Below, one piece after another: positions 1 through 7,761 of a stretch of DNA of 64,000 nucleotides. Below the pieces are notes generated by a model. The model was not told the DNA's origin. It was given only the letters and a program-made list of their open reading frames with translations, and did no database searches. The stretch comes from an uncultured Candidatus Rokubacteria bacterium (GTDB lineage Bacteria > Methylomirabilota > Methylomirabilia > Rokubacteriales > DASRDR01), in the NCBI GenBank assembly GCA_963805625.1, contig CAWDVE010000019.1:352001-416000 (forward strand), read 5' to 3'. The translations under genes and the position numbers were made by a program. Position 1 is the stretch's first letter, and each line of letters starts with the position of its first letter.

Positions 1-970
1 GGTCGAGGTCGTACCTGGGCCGGAATCCCCAGTCCCGTCGGGCCTGAGTGTCGTCCAGGTCGGCTGGCCAGGAGTCCACGATCCGCTGCCGGCGCCGGTC
101 GGGCGCGAAGGTGATGGCCGTTCCCGGAAAGGCGGAGCGCACCAGGTCGGCCAGTTCCCCGGCGCTCGGATTGAAGGCGGTGACGTTGTAGACCGGGCTG
201 GCCAGACGCTCGGCCGGTGCGTCGGCGAGCGCGAGCAGGGCGTCCACGGCGTCGGGCATTGCCATGAACGGGATGCGGGTATCCTCGCGAACGAAGCACG
301 CATACGGTTTCGACTGGGCGGCGGCGTGGATCATCTCGGGCGCGTAGTCGCTCGTCCCCCCGCTGGGCGTGGTGAATGCCGAGATGAGTCCGGGAAATCG
401 GATCGAGCGAAAGTCCACGCCGCGCACCTCTTCCTCGGCCGCGAGCTGCCCGTAGTGTCGGCTGTAGTAGCGGCCGAGATGCTCGGCGTAGAGCTTGTTG
501 CAGCCGTACATGGTGATGGGCAGGGTCCAGGTGTTCTCCGCGACCGGCCCGGCTCTCCTCTTTGCCTCGACGTCCGGCAGGCCGTAGACCGCGATGGAGC
601 TGGGAAAGAGGAACCGGACGCGGTGACCGTGCCAGCGTGCCTCCTCGACAGCCAGCTTCAGCAGGTTCAGCGTCCCTCCCACGTTGATCTCGTGAGCCGA
701 CTCCGGAACGAACTCCGCCCGGGTGGAGAGAACCGCGGCGAGATGGTAGATCGCGTGGATCTCGAACTCGCTGCGGAGACGCTCGAGGAGATGACGGTCG
801 CGGATGTCCCCCGCAAGGCTCATGGCGCAGCGACGCGCCAGTTCAGGCTCGAGCGGCCGGACGTCAAGGGCCAGCACGTCGACCGCGCCGCCCTCGGTGA
901 AGCGGTGAATCAGCCCGTGTGCCATCTCTCCACTCGCCCCGGTGACGAGCACCATGGGCCTACGTGCCAT
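1..970 (-). CDS. NAD-dependent epimerase/dehydratase (SDR), L-threonine 3-dehydrogenase-like; runs off window start
   Basis: Not in the ORF track. Manual translation from ATG 970 gives MARRPMVLVTGASGEMAHG (Rossmann-like), PITMYGCNK (YxxxK) and RFPGLIS...GGTSDYA. Confidence 0.85.
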   Translation of the reverse strand, partial: MARRPMVLVTGASGEMAHGLIHRFTEGGAVDVLALDVRPLEPELARRCAMSLAGDIRDRHLLERLRSEFEIHAIYHLAAVLSTRAEFVPESAHEINVGGTLNLLKLAVEEARWHGHRVRFLFPSSIAVYGLPDVEAKRRAGPVAENTWTLPITMYGCNKLYAEHLGRYYSRHYGQLAAEEEVRGVDFRSIRFPGLISAFTTPSGGTSDYAPEMIHAAAQSKPYACFVREDTRIPFMAMPDAVDALLALADAPAERLASPVYNVTAFNPSAGELADLVRSAFPGTAITFAPDRRRQRIVDSWPADLDDTQARRDWGFRPRYDLD

Positions 971-1301
971 GTCGAGCCTCCCGAGGCTTGGGCCGATGGG
1001 GCTCCTGGGCGCGGATCGCCTGCCCGCCGTCTAGGTGCATGGCAGGCGGAGCCGTCGGTGATCCGGCGGCGAGGGCAGTCGCCGCGGGCGACCAGGCTCG
1101 GGAGGCGGGGGCCCGGGTGGCTGTGGCGGGTCGGGCGGGGGAGTGGGATCGGGAGGCTCCGGGGGCGGCCTTCGAGCCGGGCCACGGGCGTCCGCGGTTA
1201 GCCCCGAGCTTGCGGGCTCCCGCGTCTCGAGTCCCAATCCTCTCGGTGTCGGGCCGAGGTCGTCACCGCATCTCATCGGTCCCACCGACTCGACGCGGAG
1301 C

Positions 1302-1769
1302 CTACCAGAGAAAGCCCTCGACATCGACGGGCGGATCCGGCATCAGCAGCGACACGGTCCTCACCAGGTCTCGCTCGGTGAGGATCCCCGCCAGCTTCGT
1401 GCCGTCGACTACCGGGAGACTGCCGAAGCGCCCAAAGAACAGCACGCGCGCCGCATGCCCGAGGGCGACCTCAGGATGCGTGGTCACAACGTCCCAGGTC
1501 ATCGCATCACGCACGCGGAGCTCCTCCAGGGCCTGGGCCAGCCCGGACGCGCGGCGCTGGGCGCTGCCCGAGAGGTGCTCGATCAGCGCGGGCGCGAAAG
1601 CCGCGCTGCGGAGATCCCGGTCGGTGATGATCCCGAGGAGGCGGCCCGCGTCGTCGGTCACCAGGAGGTGGTGGATCCCTTCCTTCTTCATGACGGCCAT
1701 CGCCGTGGCGAGCGGCGCCTCAGGATCGATCGTGATCGGGTTCCGGGTCATGACGTCCTTGACCTTCAT
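1302..1769 (-). CDS. CBS-pair domain protein
   Basis: MKVKDVMTRNPITI; HHLLVTD..GRLLGIITDRDLR; GSLPVVD..GILTERD. Confidence 0.92.
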   Translation of the reverse strand: MKVKDVMTRNPITIDPEAPLATAMAVMKKEGIHHLLVTDDAGRLLGIITDRDLRSAAFAPALIEHLSGSAQRRASGLAQALEELRVRDAMTWDVVTTHPEVALGHAARVLFFGRFGSLPVVDGTKLAGILTERDLVRTVSLLMPDPPVDVEGFLW

Positions 1770-1845
1770 GGCTTCTCCCCGGCGCCGCTCGAGCTCTCGA
1801 GAACCGTCAACGTCGCTTGACTCGATCGGCGGCGCCCTCGGTCGG

Positions 1846-2292
1846 TTACCTCGCCCGGACGGTCAGGACCGGGCAGGGGGCCAGCGTGACGACCCGTGCG
1901 GCGACGCTACCCAGGAACACCCGGCCGAGGCCGGTGCGACCGTGGGTCCCGAGCACGATGAGGTCCGCCCGCGTGGATCGGGCCGCCCGCACGATGCGGT
2001 CGTGGGGGATGCCCTCCAGGGCGAGACCCTTGGCCCGGACCCCGCTCTTCCTGGCCTGGGCCACGAGCCGACCGACCCGGCGCTGGGCGTCCCCCCGGAC
2101 GTCGGCCATCCACTTGTCGTAGACCTGTGGCGTGGCGTAGCCCTCACCCATCATCGGGATGATGATCGAATAGACATGGACGATGGTGAGACTGGCCCGG
2201 TTGGCTCGCGCGAGGCCGAGGGCCCGGCGAAACGCGGGGCGCGACGCCGGGGAGAAGTCGGAGGCGTACAGGATGCGTCGGAACTGGCTCAT
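1846..2292 (-). CDS. Universal stress protein (UspA family)
   Basis: MSQFRRILYASDFS; DLIVLGTHGRTGLGRVFLGSVA..VV..APCPVL. Start moved to ATG 2292 (RBS AAGGAG). Confidence 0.93.
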   Translation of the reverse strand: MSQFRRILYASDFSPASRPAFRRALGLARANRASLTIVHVYSIIIPMMGEGYATPQVYDKWMADVRGDAQRRVGRLVAQARKSGVRAKGLALEGIPHDRIVRAARSTRADLIVLGTHGRTGLGRVFLGSVAARVVTLAPCPVLTVRAR

Positions 2293-2572
2293 CGTAGTCT
2301 CTCCTTCTTCGGCGGAGAGGCGGCGAGCGGAGCGAGATGCTCGCCGCGGCCCTCCAGGGTGGCGAGCTTCGGATAGTCCGACTCGGGAATGCCCACACCG
2401 AGCGCCTGGTGCAGCCCACAATGCATGCGGCCCAGAGCGTGGAAGGTCGCTTCCAAGGGCGCGTCGCAGATCATGTTCGGGTGGTCGATGTTCTTCCGTT
2501 CGACCAGTTCGACCCGGCCGGTGGTGATGGTCGTTGCCGCCAGGCCTCGGTCACCAGCCGCTCTTCCATCAT
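2289..2572 (-). pseudogene. Chimeric remnant: N-terminus of archaeal-type SAM synthetase fused to C-terminus of acyl carrier protein
   Basis: VELVERKNIDHPNMICDA..HALGRM resembles the start of the gene at 38466 (MELVERKGIGHPDTICDA..QALGRM). GLHQALGVGIPESDYPKLATLEG resembles the end of the ACP at 24524 (GLHHAFRVDIPESDYPKLASLDG). Confidence 0.8.
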
Positions 2573-2682
2573 CGCGTCTCCCCACCGATTCTACGCCGAC
2601 CGCTTCGCGTCGTCCGGCGCCGAATGCGTGGCGCCCGAGCCGATGAAACCGGACGACTCATTTGGTGATCTGCCGCTGCTCT

Positions 2683-2698
2683 CGCACAAGGTCTGCCA
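2683..2698 (-). promoter_or_regulatory. Putative sigma54 -24/-12 promoter
   Basis: TGGCAGACCTTGTGCG (GG-N10-GC). Resembles the site upstream of the intact SAM synthetase. Confidence 0.45.
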
Positions 2699-2805
2699 GA
2701 GAGCAGGCCCTCCCCGCGGTCGGCTTGTCTCGTCGGTCGATGTGCGGGTCAGGACTCGGTGCCCCCGGCGGGTACGCATCGTCCGTGCCGCCCGCCTCCC
2801 GTGAA

Positions 2806-3726
2806 TCACGCGCGCTGGACGAGGCGAATCTCGCCAGCGACGACCGTGTGGACGCGTTTGCGCGTGTCCTTGACCTGGAGGTGCCCCTCGGTGTCAACAC
2901 CGAGGGCGCGGCCGGCGAAGACCGTTGGCCCTTCGCGGACTTCGACCCACCGTCCCGTCACCACATCGACGTCGCGCCACCCTGCGAGGATTGCGGCTGC
3001 GCCCTTTGCCTGATAGGTATCCAGGCGTCCCTCTAGGCAGGTCAGAAACCTTGCGGTGAACGCGTTTCGATCCACTGCACGACCGAGCGCCTCCCGCAGC
3101 GAGGTGGCAAACTGCCCCGTCTCGCCCAAGCCCGTGCGAAGGGCCTTGTGGGTTACGTTGAGGTTGACCCCGACACCGAGCACGATGTACTCGACCGCAT
3201 CCCCGCGGGCGGTCATCTCGGCGCGCACGCCGGCCACCTTGCGGTTCCGCACGAGAACGTCGTTCGGCCACTTGAGCCCCGCCTTGACCCCCAGCTCACG
3301 GATCGAATCAACCAAGGCAAGCGGGGCAATGAAGGCGAAGCCCGGCGCGGCAGCCGCGGCGATCGGCGGCCGGAAGAGGATCGAGGCATACAGGTTCACG
3401 CCGGGCGGTGAGAACCAAGTCTTCTGCCCCCGACCTCGGCCCGCGGTCTGACTCTCGGCCAGGACCACGGTGCCCTCGAGCGCTCCGGCGTCCGCCAGCT
3501 CACGCAGGCTCGCATTCGTCGATGCGACCACCTCGTGCAAGACGATCCGTCGCCCGATGGTATGCGTGGCGAGCTGCTGCCGGATCACGTCGATGCTGAG
3601 CGTCTCTCTCGCGATGATGGCGCGAGGCGGCATCGGAGGACTCCTCTGTTCGGCTCGCCGCCCCACCGGGGAGGATCGGGAGGGAGCCGTCCGGATGCCT
3701 GTGCGACGAGCGGTTGTTCGCCCCAT
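2806..3726 (-). CDS. birA: Biotin--[acetyl-CoA carboxylase] ligase (no HTH domain); true start may be downstream (~3633)
   Basis: ASTN, AESQTAGRGR, KWPND, KVAGV, GVGVNLN motifs. Confidence 0.88.
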   Translation of the reverse strand: MGRTTARRTGIRTAPSRSSPVGRRAEQRSPPMPPRAIIARETLSIDVIRQQLATHTIGRRIVLHEVVASTNASLRELADAGALEGTVVLAESQTAGRGRGQKTWFSPPGVNLYASILFRPPIAAAAAPGFAFIAPLALVDSIRELGVKAGLKWPNDVLVRNRKVAGVRAEMTARGDAVEYIVLGVGVNLNVTHKALRTGLGETGQFATSLREALGRAVDRNAFTARFLTCLEGRLDTYQAKGAAAILAGWRDVDVVTGRWVEVREGPTVFAGRALGVDTEGHLQVKDTRKRVHTVVAGEIRLVQRA

Positions 3727-3789
3727 GGTGTCAGCGCGTCGCGCCCAGGAACGTCACTCGACGATCCGCACCCTGAGCCATCAGGGGAT

Positions 3790-3993
3790 CTAGCCCTTCT
3801 TGACCTTCGGCTTGGTCCGCCCCCAGAGGATCCGCGGGCCCTCCGCGGCCTCGAACAGCGTCGTATCCTTTCTCACCGCCGTGCGTGCGGTCTTCAGCCG
3901 CCGACGGACCCTGGCCGGTGCGACGGACCGCTCCGCGGGCCGCCCGGCCTTCGGGGATCGGGGAGGCTCGGCGGGACCTCGCTCAGTTGCCAT
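3790..3993 (-). CDS. Small basic hypothetical protein
   Basis: 67-aa ORF with a strong RBS (GAAAGGAG) before the ATG; no family recognised. Confidence 0.4.
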   Translation of the reverse strand: MATERGPAEPPRSPKAGRPAERSVAPARVRRRLKTARTAVRKDTTLFEAAEGPRILWGRTKPKVKKG

Positions 3994-4342
3994 CGTTCGC
4001 TCCTTTCTCTGACAGGCTCCGTCCAGAAGGGACCCGTGTCACGCGGCTCACGCGCTGGCCATCCGATTCGAGCAACCGAGTCTCGACGACGATTCCGATC
4101 TGGCGAGCGAGCCCATCGGCTCGCTCCAGCACTCGGAGTCCAGCCTGGCGCCAGATCTGCCGCAACACCTCCAGATCGGTGCGAACCTCGGTGTACCAGC
4201 TCTCCGGATAGGCGTAGGGTGACTCGACGGCGTGCACGACCCGCACCTGAGACGCATGGGTCTTGGCGAGCGCCAGCGCTTCCCGGAGCACATCCTCGCC
4301 CATCTTGCTGTCGTCGATGGCGACGAGGATCCGCTTGTACAT
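3983..4342 (-). pseudogene. C-terminally truncated universal stress protein
   Basis: MYKRILVAIDDS..VRVVHAV is a USP N-terminus, but the C-terminal DLIVxG..G..GS motif is absent. Confidence 0.7.
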
Positions 4343-4388
4343 GACGTTCCTCCGGCAGATGTCCGCCTCTGCGCCGGATCGGCTGCTC

Positions 4389-4420
4389 GGCCTTGATGGG
4401 CCCCGGGGTCGATCAAGGCC
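4389..4420 (-). terminator. Hairpin immediately after groEL
   Basis: Inverted arms GGCCTTGAT / ATCAAGGCC just downstream of the groEL stop; no clear U-tract. Confidence 0.35.
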
Positions 4421-4426
4421 AAAGGG

Positions 4427-6040
4427 CTACTCCATCACGGGAGTGCGCTCGGCCTTGGGCTCCGGCACCTCCGTCAGGGTCGCTTCGCAGAGGAGCAGCA
4501 AGCTGGCCGCCGAGACCGCGTTCTCGAGACCCACCCGGACCACCTTGGTCGGATCGACGATCCCGGCCTGGAACAGGTCGACGTACTCTTGGCGGGCCGC
4601 GTCGAAGCCGATATGGTCGGTTCCGCTCCGCATCCGATTCACGACGACGCCGCCATCGGCGCCGGAGTTCTCCGCGATCTGGCGAGTCGGCGCATCGAGC
4701 GCCCGGCGAAGGATCTGGAGGCCGGTCCGCTCGTCCCCCTCTGCCTTCGCCTCTTCCCGGCTCACGGCGTCGGTCGCGCGAAGGAGCGCGAGACCGCCGC
4801 CGGGAACGATACCCTCCGCTACCGCTGCCTTCGTCGCGGCGATCGCGTCCTCCAAGGCCTCCTTGCGGCTCTTCATCTCGGCCTCCGAGGGCGCCCCGAC
4901 GCGGATGACGGCCACGCCGCCGGACAGCTTCGCCAGCCGCTCCTCGAGCTTCTCCCGGTCATAGTCGCTCGTCGACTTCTCGACGAGCTGACGAAGCTGC
5001 TGTTTGCGAGCCTCGATCGCGGCCTTGTCACCGGCTCCGCCGATGATCGTGGTGCTGTCCCGATCGACGACGCAGCGCTTCGCGCGGCCGAGATGGCTGG
5101 GATCGATGTTCTCGAGCTTGACGCCGAGCTCTTCGGAGAGCACGCGGCCGCCCGTCAGGATGGCGATGTCCTCCAGCATGTCCTTGCGGCGGTCGCCGAA
5201 GCCGGGCGCCTTGACGGCGACACAGCGAAGGGTGCCCCGGAGCTTGTTCACGACGAGCGTGGCCAGCGCCTCGCCCTCGACATCCTCGCCGACGACCAGG
5301 ATGGACTCCCCGGAGCGAGCCATCTGCTCCAGGAGGGGCAGGAGATCCTTCATGACACCGATCTTCCGGTCCGTGAGGAGGATGGCCGCGTCTTCCAGGA
5401 CGGCCTCCATCTTCTCGGCATCGGTCACGAAGTAGGGCGACACATAACCGCGGTCGAACTGGAGTCCCTCGACGACCTCCAGTTGCGTCTCGGTGGTCTT
5501 CGACTCCTCGACGGTGATCACGCCCTCGCCGCCAACCTTCTCCATCGCATCGGCGACGAGCTCGCCGATCGAGGGGTCGTTGTGAGCAGAGATCGTGGCG
5601 ACCTGGGCTTTCTCGAGTCGGCTCTTGACGGGACGCGACATGGCACGGATGGCCTCGACGGCGATCCGGACGCCTCGATCGAGGCCGCGCTTGAGGTCGA
5701 TCGCGCTGGCGCCGGCGGTGACGTTGCGGACGCCGTCGGCGAAGATGGCCTGCGCGAGCACGGTGGAAGTGCTGGTGCCGTCGCCGACCGCATCGCCGGT
5801 GCGCTCCGCCGCCTGGCGGATCATCTGGGCGCCGAGGTTCTCGGAGGGATCCTTGAGGGCCATCTCCTTGGCGATCGTCACTCCATCGTTGCAGACGAGT
5901 GGAGGGCCAAAGCTCCGCTGGATCAGCACACACTTGGACTTGGGGCCGAGCGTCACGCGCACGGCGTCGGCGAGGGTCGACGCGCCGCGCAGGATCTTTT
6001 CACGAGCCTCGGACCGGAACATGACCTGTTTGTACGGCAT
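4427..6040 (-). CDS. groL: Chaperonin GroEL (no adjacent groES; no GGM tail)
   Basis: [53 protein letters not shown]. Confidence 0.97.
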   Translation of the reverse strand: MPYKQVMFRSEAREKILRGASTLADAVRVTLGPKSKCVLIQRSFGPPLVCNDGVTIAKEMALKDPSENLGAQMIRQAAERTGDAVGDGTSTSTVLAQAIFADGVRNVTAGASAIDLKRGLDRGVRIAVEAIRAMSRPVKSRLEKAQVATISAHNDPSIGELVADAMEKVGGEGVITVEESKTTETQLEVVEGLQFDRGYVSPYFVTDAEKMEAVLEDAAILLTDRKIGVMKDLLPLLEQMARSGESILVVGEDVEGEALATLVVNKLRGTLRCVAVKAPGFGDRRKDMLEDIAILTGGRVLSEELGVKLENIDPSHLGRAKRCVVDRDSTTIIGGAGDKAAIEARKQQLRQLVEKSTSDYDREKLEERLAKLSGGVAVIRVGAPSEAEMKSRKEALEDAIAATKAAVAEGIVPGGGLALLRATDAVSREEAKAEGDERTGLQILRRALDAPTRQIAENSGADGGVVVNRMRSGTDHIGFDAARQEYVDLFQAGIVDPTKVVRVGLENAVSAASLLLLCEATLTEVPEPKAERTPVME

Positions 6041-6089
6041 GATTGTGTCCTTCTTAGTTGCGCTCAGCCGAGCACACGGGCGAGTCCCC

Positions 6090-6452
6090 TCACTCCCGAA
6101 TGACTTGGCAGGTCAGGCAGTGGCGGGTGGCGGGCATGGCCTGGAGCCGCGGAAGGGGAATGCTTCCCCCGCAGCTCTCGCATACCCCGTAGGTGCCAGC
6201 GTGCAGCCGGGCGAAGGCGGCGTCGATCTCCTCCATCTCCTGTCGCTCCCGGTCGTCCAGGCGAGCCAGGATACCGATGACTTCCTGCCGGGCCGCATCC
6301 TCGATCGGCGCGCCCGGCTCCCGGGCCTCCAGCGTCGCGACCTCCCCTTCGGTCGCTGCCGCCGTTCGCAGGAGCTGGGATCGCAGGTCACGTAGACCGG
6401 CGCGCAAGCGCTCCCGCACGACACGGTCCATCGATCGGCGGATCTCCTTCAC
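6090..6452 (-). CDS. TraR/DksA C4-type zinc finger protein
   Basis: [18 protein letters not shown]...HCLTCQ; GTG start with RBS GGAGAGG. Confidence 0.85.
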   Translation of the reverse strand: MKEIRRSMDRVVRERLRAGLRDLRSQLLRTAAATEGEVATLEAREPGAPIEDAARQEVIGILARLDDRERQEMEEIDAAFARLHAGTYGVCESCGGSIPLPRLQAMPATRHCLTCQVIRE

Positions 6453-6476
6453 GGGTATCCTCTCCAGCTCCCGGTG

Positions 6477-6492
6477 TGCAATGCATGTGCCC
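6477..6492 (-). promoter_or_regulatory. Putative sigma54 promoter of the dksA-like/groL unit
   Basis: GGGCACATGCATTGCA. Confidence 0.65.
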
Positions 6493-6553
6493 GGAACTCG
6501 ACACCGAAAACCCCCTGACCTCGAAGCTGGAGACCTATGGGGCGGTGGCGTGG

Positions 6554-6578
6554 TGTCCCATCCCGTCCCCACCTGGGG
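6554..6578. promoter_or_regulatory. Candidate upstream activator site
   Basis: TGTCC-CATCCCGT-CCCCA-CC-TGGGG, matching the recurring motif. Confidence 0.45.
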
Positions 6579-6939
6579 AGGGCGCTCAGCCCCAACGCTC
6601 CTCGAGGAGGCCGCCCTGGCAGAGGGGCGTGGCGGACGTCGACGACCTCGCCGAGGTGCCTGTAGACGAAGGCGGCATCCTCGGCCACGCGCGATTTGGG
6701 CTTGCCATGTCCCACCGGCGCCTCAGTTGAGGCACCGGCGTCTCCTGACGTGGTGGCAGGAGCAGTAAGATGGCCTCCAAGGCTTCAGGGATGGGCTCCG
6801 GATCCGGGCATGGGGATCGCACGGTGTAGTTTGACGGCCGTGATGGCCAGAGCCGTGGACGGAGCGCGACGGGAACCGCAGGCGTGATGTCGGCGGGTGC
6901 GGCTGGGCCCGAAAGGCGGAGGATCCGGGAGGGGAGCGC

Positions 6940-7254
6940 ATGGGGCCCAAGAAGGGTGTGCAGTCGAGAGTTCGGCGGACTACTCGGCGCGGCAAGCCCC
7001 GGCGCTGGGTCAAGACCGTCACTACCATCTCCACGAAGACACCGACGGGATTGTTCACTCGCGACGCTGCGACCATCGCGCGGACGCTCGCCTTGCCGCG
7101 CGTCAGTCCGAAGGGGTCGGTCTCCGGCCTGCGGATGCTGTCCTTCTTCATCAATCGCGCGGGCCGCGGGCTATCGCGGTCACGCCGAGCCGAGCTCGAG
7201 AAGGCCAAACGGCTCATGCGGAAGGCGATTGCCGCAGCACGGGCCAGGAGCTGA
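6940..7254 (+). CDS. DUF3175-like small basic protein
   Basis: GLFTRDAATIARTL...GLRMLSFFINRAGRGL...RAELEKAK. Confidence 0.75.
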   Translation: MGPKKGVQSRVRRTTRRGKPRRWVKTVTTISTKTPTGLFTRDAATIARTLALPRVSPKGSVSGLRMLSFFINRAGRGLSRSRRAELEKAKRLMRKAIAAARARS

Positions 7255-7258
7255 TGCC

Positions 7259-7699
7259 ATGAAGGTGCGGGAGGTCATGCGGCAAGCGCTCCTGACGGTG
7301 AGACCCGACATCCCGGCACGGATGGCGGCCAAGATGATGCGTACCCACCAGGTGAGACACCTTCTCGTGACCGACGAGGAAGAGCGGCTGATTGGCATCC
7401 TGACCGACCGCGATCTTCGGCACGCAGCGTTCCTGCCCCTCCTCGCGCCGCACCTCGCGTGGGAGGAGCGATGGCTGAAGGCGCCACGGGTGCGGGACGT
7501 GATGACCTGGAAGGTCGTGACGATCGAACCGGACGTCGACCTCGTCCGAGCCGGCCTTCTGATGTTCGAGCGGCGCATCGGGAGTCTGCCGGTCACGGAC
7601 CATGGGACGCTGGTCGGGATCGTGACCGAGCGCGATGTGTTCGAGGCGTTCCGAACAGCCGGCGAGTCCTCGGATCCGGCCGAGCTCTACCTGGGCTGA
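7259..7699 (+). CDS. CBS-pair domain protein
   Basis: MKVREVM; RHLLVTD..GILTDRDLR; GSLPVTD..GIVTERD. Paralog of 1302-1769. Confidence 0.9.
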   Translation: MKVREVMRQALLTVRPDIPARMAAKMMRTHQVRHLLVTDEEERLIGILTDRDLRHAAFLPLLAPHLAWEERWLKAPRVRDVMTWKVVTIEPDVDLVRAGLLMFERRIGSLPVTDHGTLVGIVTERDVFEAFRTAGESSDPAELYLG

Positions 7700-7761
7700 C
7701 CTTCTCGAGCTGCCTTCGTGGTGTTGGCGACCCACGTGCTCTCCCGCCCGCCGCTCGATTC

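Noticed and set aside
326-1201. 291-aa plus-strand ORF
   Set aside because: Antisense to the SDR gene, which the ORF track missed because it runs off the window.
4393-4416. FNR box (TTGAT...ATCAA)
   Set aside because: The spacer is 14 nt, not 4; better read as an RNA hairpin after groL.
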